From Candidatus Margulisiibacteriota bacterium (lineage in GTDB: Bacteria > Margulisbacteria > WOR-1 > O2-12-FULL-45-9 > XYB2-FULL-48-7), in NCBI GenBank assembly GCA_041661965.1, contig JBAZTH010000001.1:226710-290709 (forward strand): 64,000 nucleotides of DNA. Reading direction: 5' to 3'. The notes under the pieces are model-generated. The model was given only the letters and a program-made list of their open reading frames with translations. It did no database searches and was not told the origin of the DNA. The position numbers were made by a program, and so were the translations under genes. This document shows positions 58,909-64,000 of the stretch, one piece after another (positions within the stretch are counted from its first letter, which is position 1; the number at the start of each line of letters is the position of its first letter).

Positions 58909-59637
58909 TTACAATAGCTTTAGGTATGTCCCGCATTCGAGTCCTTTCAGGAAATCGATCGCGGGCTTAACCTGCTCTTTTTTGATGATCGAGCCGTGCT
59001 GGGAGGCGATCATCTCGATATCGTATTGTTCTATTTTTTCCAGCACCAGCTTCATGATCTCGCGGGAAGGCATGTAGGGCTTATGGAACAGGCTCATCTG
59101 GTCATGATAGTTGGCTTTCGCGAACAGGTCCCAATCGTCGGAAAATGCGCCGAAGAGGTCGCCGGAAAAAAATATTTTTGACTTAGTGTCGTAGGTGGCG
59201 AAAGCTCCGGGCGTATGCAGGTAGGGGGTGGGCTGAAAGACCAGTTCCCGGCCGCTTTTCAATTTGAGCCGATTGTTGTTTTTTTCAAAGAAATAAAAAG
59301 GTGAGCGCACCCCGTAATGCAAAATGAGAAACGACACCCGCTCAAAGGTGGCGATCTTCAGCTCCGGATTATTGATCAGGTCTTCAAACACGGGCAGGGA
59401 ACCGGCAAGATCGGGGTCCTGGTGGCTGACGATGATGGTCGAGATCTTTTTCGGATCGATCAGTGAAATGACTTTGCGCGCGACGATCGGGAAATGGGGA
59501 GCGGAGCCGGGGTCGATCAGGACCGCCTCATCGCCGTCAACGATCAAATATGGATTGCAATGAAAATTGGCGACCTGGTCGTAAAAGCCGACCCAGTAGA
59601 TGCCTTCCGCGATTTCGATCGCTTCATCGTAATTCAC
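58909..59637 (-). CDS. Metallo-beta-lactamase-fold protein resembling the diiron domain of flavodiiron / oxygen-binding diiron (ODP) proteins
   Basis: IYWVG..D....FH N-terminus, SHQDPDLAGS (HxHxDH-like replaced by HxD...) and C-terminal His/Asp ligands. No flavodoxin domain. Confidence 0.5.
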   Translation of the reverse strand: MNYDEAIEIAEGIYWVGFYDQVANFHCNPYLIVDGDEAVLIDPGSAPHFPIVARKVISLIDPKKISTIIVSHQDPDLAGSLPVFEDLINNPELKIATFERVSFLILHYGVRSPFYFFEKNNNRLKLKSGRELVFQPTPYLHTPGAFATYDTKSKIFFSGDLFGAFSDDWDLFAKANYHDQMSLFHKPYMPSREIMKLVLEKIEQYDIEMIASQHGSIIKKEQVKPAIDFLKGLECGTYLKLL

Positions 59638-59696
59638 TATGCGGAAATTATAACGTATAAAATTCGCGGATTCAACAAAATATTTCTGGACAAGTA

Positions 59697-59722
59697 ATCA
59701 GCGCGAGCCTATAATTTTGCAT
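59697..59722 (+). promoter_or_regulatory. Sigma70-like promoter TGGACA-17-TATAAT for the PAS kinase gene
   Basis: TGGACAagtaatcagcgcgagccTATAAT, 10 nt upstream of the ATG at 59731. Confidence 0.4.
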
Positions 59723-59730
59723 AGAATATC

Positions 59731-61509
59731 ATGGGACCAGGCGTTTATATCGTTATAATATCTTTGGCGCTCGGCATTTTATCGATCCCCATCGACTTGC
59801 TCTTCCATGCCGTCTTTTTGCATGAAGCCCCGTCGCTAGCCGCCCTTACCGAGCCGGAAAATATTTTCCACTGGTCCATGCTGCTCTTCTCGTTCGTCGT
59901 TTTCGGGCTGGTGATGGCGTCGATCTCAAGGCGCCGTGAAGCGGCGGCACAAGAGCACCGGCGGCTGATCGACGAAATGACCAAGCTCAAGCTGGGGGTC
60001 GAGCGCTCATACGAGGCGATCTTTATTACGGATACCGACGGGAAAATAAATTATGTCAATCCCGGATTTGAAAAATTGTACGGCTTTTCCCGCGCTGAAG
60101 CGATCGGCCAAACGCCCAGGCTGATCAAGTCCGGGACGCTTTCGCCCGACGTTTACAATGATTTTTGGAAAACGCTGTTAAGTAAAAAGGTCATAAGCGG
60201 TGAAATTGTCAACAAAACAAAAGCGGGAAAGCTGCTCAATATTGACGGCACGGCGCTCTCAATCCTGAACGATCGGGGCGAGATCATCGGATTTATGGGC
60301 ATTCAGCATGATATTACCGAACATAAGCAGCTGGATGAAGCCCTGCGCCGGTCCAAGGAAGACTGCGAAAAAGAAGTTATCGCGCGGACTGCCGAACTGG
60401 AACAGCTGCGGCGGCGGTACGAACTGGTCTTGAATTCCGCGGCCGAAGGGATCTTTGGCCTGGATCTCAATGGCAATCACACTTTTGTCAATCCGGCGGG
60501 GGCAAAACTGCTCGGCTACGAAGTGACGGAGCTGATCGGCCGGCCCAGCCATTCAACCTGGCATTACAAGCGGCTCGACGGCCGCCCGTATCCCAAAGAA
60601 GAATGCCCGATCTACGCTGCTTTCATGGAGGGGAAGGTACACCATGGCTCCGATGAAGTCTTCTGGAAAAAAGACGGCGCCAGCTTCCCGGTCGAATATA
60701 TGAGCGTGCCGATCCTGGAGTCGGGCAAGATTGTCGGCGCGGTCGTGACTTTCAGCGATATTACCGAACGCAAGCAGGCGGAAGAGGAAAAGATAAAAGA
60801 CGTGGAGCTGCACGAACGCGACCGGATGAAGACGGAGTTCCTCTCGATGGTCTCTCACGAGATGCGGACACCGATCACGCCGATCAACGGCTACCTACAA
60901 CTGCTATTGTCCGGCAAAATTGGTCCGTTAACGCCCGAACAAAAACAGACGATGCTGCTGATGCAGAGACAGTCAAAACATTTGTTAATCCTGATCGACA
61001 GCATTATCGATGTTTCACGGATCGAAACCGGCCGGACGCTGGTGCTTTCGAAAACGCCGGTGTTCCTGGACGATTTGTTGAAGCGGGTGATCGAGGCCAT
61101 GGGCGACCAGTTCGAGGAAAAAGGGATCGAGCTTAAGGCAGAGCTATCCGCGCACCTGCCGATCCTGGCCGATGAGGCCAAACTGGAGCGGGTGATCACG
61201 AATATACTGGGCAACGCGCTCAAATTTGTCCCCCGCGGCGGCTCGGTCGCGGTCGGCGCCCGGGTCGAAGCTGGGGCCGCCCGGGTCTCGTTCGCCGACA
61301 ACGGCATCGGGATCGATCGGGAAAACCTCGAGAAAATATTTGAAAAGTTCTATCAGGTCGACAGCTCCAACACCCGGGCGGCCGGCGGGATCGGCATGGG
61401 GCTGACGATCGCCAGGGAGATCGTCGAAGCGCACGGCGGCAAGATTTGGGCCGAATCGGACGGTCTGGGCAAGGGTGCCGCCTTGATCTTCACGCTACCG
61501 GAGGAATAA
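59731..61509 (+). CDS. PAS/PAC sensor histidine kinase (2 TM, 2 PAS, HisKA, HATPase_c)
   Basis: Two PAS repeats, H-box VSHEMRTPIT, then N, G1 and G2 boxes. Confidence 0.85.
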   Translation: MGPGVYIVIISLALGILSIPIDLLFHAVFLHEAPSLAALTEPENIFHWSMLLFSFVVFGLVMASISRRREAAAQEHRRLIDEMTKLKLGVERSYEAIFITDTDGKINYVNPGFEKLYGFSRAEAIGQTPRLIKSGTLSPDVYNDFWKTLLSKKVISGEIVNKTKAGKLLNIDGTALSILNDRGEIIGFMGIQHDITEHKQLDEALRRSKEDCEKEVIARTAELEQLRRRYELVLNSAAEGIFGLDLNGNHTFVNPAGAKLLGYEVTELIGRPSHSTWHYKRLDGRPYPKEECPIYAAFMEGKVHHGSDEVFWKKDGASFPVEYMSVPILESGKIVGAVVTFSDITERKQAEEEKIKDVELHERDRMKTEFLSMVSHEMRTPITPINGYLQLLLSGKIGPLTPEQKQTMLLMQRQSKHLLILIDSIIDVSRIETGRTLVLSKTPVFLDDLLKRVIEAMGDQFEEKGIELKAELSAHLPILADEAKLERVITNILGNALKFVPRGGSVAVGARVEAGAARVSFADNGIGIDRENLEKIFEKFYQVDSSNTRAAGGIGMGLTIAREIVEAHGGKIWAESDGLGKGAALIFTLPEE

Positions 61510-62341
61510 GCCATAAAGCGCGCCTATTTCATCAAGACTTACGGCTGGCCACTTGGCCTGAAGTTTACCATAAGCTAAAAGCCGCCCTGGAATTAATTTT
61601 TAAGCTCTCATTAATTGACCAAGCTACCGGCTAAGATCGCAACATCCCTATATATTTTTACCTTGCGCGCTGCTGCTGCCTGCTATAAAGCGCTAATAAC
61701 TCATTATTGCTTTTATTTGCTGAACAGCATCCGTTCTCCTTCCTTAGCAAACAAAACCAGCGTACAGCTCATTTATTCAGCCTTTGAGAAGAAGTCTCAA
61801 GCTCTTTGCGCCATGATTAATGATCAGCGTTCCTGCCCCTTCAGTTTGATTTAACGCTCATATTAAGCAGGAGGTAAAAAATAGCGGTCGTTAATTGATT
61901 TTATTAAAAATCACGCTTCCCATAGTTGGCCTTTTACCGTCGGGAGAACTCCCGCCCGCCGCCTCTTCGAGGCATTGTCCGCCGGAGGCGGACAATCTCC
62001 GCCAAAGGCGGGATGGCGGGCTTAGCTGGCCATTTTCCCCACTAACCGCAAACCGCTCCGTCACCTTTCAAGCCACGAACCATTTGCTAGCCGCTCCCTC
62101 CATCTTTACCCCCTCCCTTTCCCTCCGCTTTGAAAAACCCCGCCCCCCGGGAACAAGACAAGAGGAGTGGGAGAGTGACGGAAAGTCGGCAATATCCCTG
62201 GGGGTATTTCGCCATATCGACCGAAAAGTTCGCATAATCCCCTAAAAATAGCTTGATATTATAAGAAATAGTTGGTTCCAATAGTTTCTGGCAAGGATTT
62301 TGCTTTCTACTTTAGCGGAGCCAAACAAGAGGGGATAAACA

Positions 62342-63799
62342 ATGCCAGGGAATGTTGAATACTTAACGTCTAACGAAATTAACGCGCTATTGTCCGCGAT
62401 CGATGATACTCGCGATCTGGCGATTGTCCTTCTCTTTTTGAATACCGGGATATTTCTCAACGAGCTGGTTAGTTTAAAAACCGATTCAATTAATTGGGAA
62501 AAGAAGATACTCGCGGTTGCCGGTAATAGGGGGCGAGAGATTCAATTAAACGATCAACTCTTTGAGGCTTTGGCCAAATGGTCCAAAGTTAGAGTGAATA
62601 CTCAAATCACCGCGTTGTTTACGACCACCAAAGGAGAGGTCAACGCTCTCTCTGCCCGAACGGTCGATCACCTTATCCGCAAATATGCCGCCCAGGCCGG
62701 GATCGGCAAAAAGGTTAATGCCAAGATGCTCCGGCATACTTTCGCGGCCAGGCTCTGCCGGGAAGAGGTCTCGATCGACCGGGCGGCCGCCATTCTTGGG
62801 ATTACCGACGCTGAATCGATCAGCCGCTATATTAAAGTGGCAAAAGAGCCGCCGAAAGTCAACCTCGTTCCAGAAGAGGTCGATACTCGCCCAATATTAG
62901 TTAAATTCCTAACCAAACTCTTTCCAACCAAGCCGAAGATTGCCAAGCCGCTTACCACTATCAAAGGAGCGATTCTCCCTAGCCCAACCGAAGTTGCTTT
63001 TGGGCGGGAGGGGGTAATTGAGGATATCAAGGGACATCTCAAGAAAGGGCAGTCGGTTCTTTTGACCGGCCAGGTGGGGATTGGGAAAACGCATCTCCTT
63101 AAAAATATTGCCGGATCATTTGGCGCCACCACTTTTTACTTTTCCTCTCCTTCGCCGATGCGTGATCTGCTCAAACAATTGCATGAAAAGCTAAATTGTC
63201 CGGGCGATAAGCTAAACGGCCGCTCTTCTTCAAAGGAGATCGTTGGTCAGATTACCTCTGCTCTCGAAGCCCCAAAAACCATTCTGATCATCGATAACCT
63301 GGATAGTTTGAAAGCGTCGGATATCGAGACTTTTCTTACGCTTCTCGAGAAGTTTACTATCCTGGGGGCGGTTGAAGAGCCGAAACCGAAGCTCAAGTCG
63401 GTTTGGTGGAAGTTCAAGCGGATCGACCTGAAACCATTGAGCGAAGAGGCGGCCAAAGAGTTGATCCGCTACTTGACCCAGAATCTTTCCATCACCGATT
63501 ACGAGATGCTCGAGACCAGGATTCTTTCTTTGTCCAACCATCTGCCGGTCGCTATTGTCGATATGATCCACCAGGTCAGCCACCGGCCGGTGGTCAATAA
63601 AGAGGTTATTCGCGATGTTTATCATGAGGCGGGAGTTTATTTTCGCGACTGGACCCCCGTCATCATCATTCTTTGGGGGATGGTGATAGCCTTCCGGTTT
63701 GTGGCTCTTGGCATGCACAGCTTTGAAGGGTACATCTTGGCCGGCTTTGGTACCGCTCTGCTCGCGACGGTGCGGGTTTTTATGTTCAAGATGAAATAG
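62342..63799 (+). CDS. Fusion protein: tyrosine-recombinase-like catalytic domain with degenerate active site, plus AAA+/P-loop ATPase, plus C-terminal TM helices
   Basis: Residues 1-170 align to the integrase catalytic fold (LRHTFA box II, ISRYIKV Tyr box), but box I Arg is replaced (TGIFLNEL) and two His positions are substituted. Walker [12 protein letters not shown] and Walker B ILIIDNLD follow. Two C-terminal hydrophobic helices. Confidence 0.55.
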   Translation: MPGNVEYLTSNEINALLSAIDDTRDLAIVLLFLNTGIFLNELVSLKTDSINWEKKILAVAGNRGREIQLNDQLFEALAKWSKVRVNTQITALFTTTKGEVNALSARTVDHLIRKYAAQAGIGKKVNAKMLRHTFAARLCREEVSIDRAAAILGITDAESISRYIKVAKEPPKVNLVPEEVDTRPILVKFLTKLFPTKPKIAKPLTTIKGAILPSPTEVAFGREGVIEDIKGHLKKGQSVLLTGQVGIGKTHLLKNIAGSFGATTFYFSSPSPMRDLLKQLHEKLNCPGDKLNGRSSSKEIVGQITSALEAPKTILIIDNLDSLKASDIETFLTLLEKFTILGAVEEPKPKLKSVWWKFKRIDLKPLSEEAAKELIRYLTQNLSITDYEMLETRILSLSNHLPVAIVDMIHQVSHRPVVNKEVIRDVYHEAGVYFRDWTPVIIILWGMVIAFRFVALGMHSFEGYILAGFGTALLATVRVFMFKMK

Positions 63800-63851
63800 C
63801 AACTGTCCGACGTCAAGGAAGTCCGATGTCCGAGGTCAAAGGATGGGAATT

Positions 63852-64000
63852 GTGAAAATAGAAAAATTTGAAGATATTAAAGCCTGGCATGAAGCTAGAG
63901 AATTAACAAAAAGCATTTATGCTCTGACCTCAAAGGGAAATTTTGACAAAGATTTCCGCTTAAAAGATCAGATTAGAAGCGCGGCCGCTTCCATAATGGC
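63852..64000 (+). CDS. Four-helix-bundle protein (TIGR02436-like), 5-prime partial at window end
   Basis: [26 protein letters not shown]...[12 protein letters not shown] matches the conserved N-terminus of this family. GTG start with AAGGA SD. Lower GC than the rest of the window. Confidence 0.6.
   Translation, partial: MKIEKFEDIKAWHEARELTKSIYALTSKGNFDKDFRLKDQIRSAAASIM

Noticed and set aside
61615-61854. 79-aa track ORF downstream of the PAS kinase
   Set aside because: It is hydrophobic/low-complexity, has no convincing RBS and lies in the compositionally atypical non-coding tract. It is not supportable as a gene from sequence alone.
61895-62245. 116-aa track ORF, and possible RNase P/SRP/tmRNA, in the 830-nt gap
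   Set aside because: The ORF translation is Pro/Ser/Leu-rich low complexity with no SD. GGAAAGTCGG resembles the RNase P P4 sequence, but the flanking universally conserved blocks (CCGGGCUCC, AGGGCAGG, ACAGAAACCCGGCUUA) are absent. No tmRNA tag/tRNA-like end or SRP domain-IV motif was found.

Overview
This 64-kb window is GC-rich (roughly 55-60% by eye) and looks like chromosome from an anaerobe, with mostly intact, tightly packed genes on both strands. I recognise these blocks: an MFS transporter and CDF exporter; a GGDEF cyclase and an M13 peptidase; a cymR-like Rrf2 regulator followed by cysK-metY-metX-metW; malQ, a YajQ-family protein and panD; hypA-hypB followed by a complete rnfCDGEAB operon; an arsenic-resistance operon (arsR-acr3-Cys-rich protein-arsC-arsP-like permeases); pyrK-pyrD and tatD; a stand-alone trpB2; tRNA-Cys; a Hanks-type kinase, typA, feoAB and greA; a GT4 fusion convergent with a GH130 gene; a cell-surface/outer-membrane locus (Gly-rich repeat protein, IPT/TIG protein with FlgD-Ig domain, PorV-like beta-barrel, membrane protein with receiver domain); copA; and a large two-component cluster of 3 cytoplasmic histidine kinases, 2 receiver-only regulators, a PAS hybrid kinase, a membrane PAS sensor and an ODP-like diiron protein. 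The window ends in a lower-GC region with an integrase-like/AAA-ATPase fusion gene and a partial four-helix-bundle gene. The most interesting unexplained content is: (i) an uncharacterised four-gene operon led by a B12-binding radical SAM gene that carries an in-frame TAA; (ii) a small family of covarying hairpin RNA elements placed directly upstream of rnfA and trpB2, also acting as the rnf terminator; (iii) the recombinase-domain/AAA+/transmembrane fusion beside ~830 nt of non-coding, pyrimidine-rich DNA; (iv) a frameshifted histidine kinase, a metX with no canonical start codon, and a degenerate tRNA-Cys copy carrying palindromic insertions. No CRISPR array, rRNA or classical transposase was seen. 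All calls rest on reading the provided translations and the raw sequence; no searches or folding were run.
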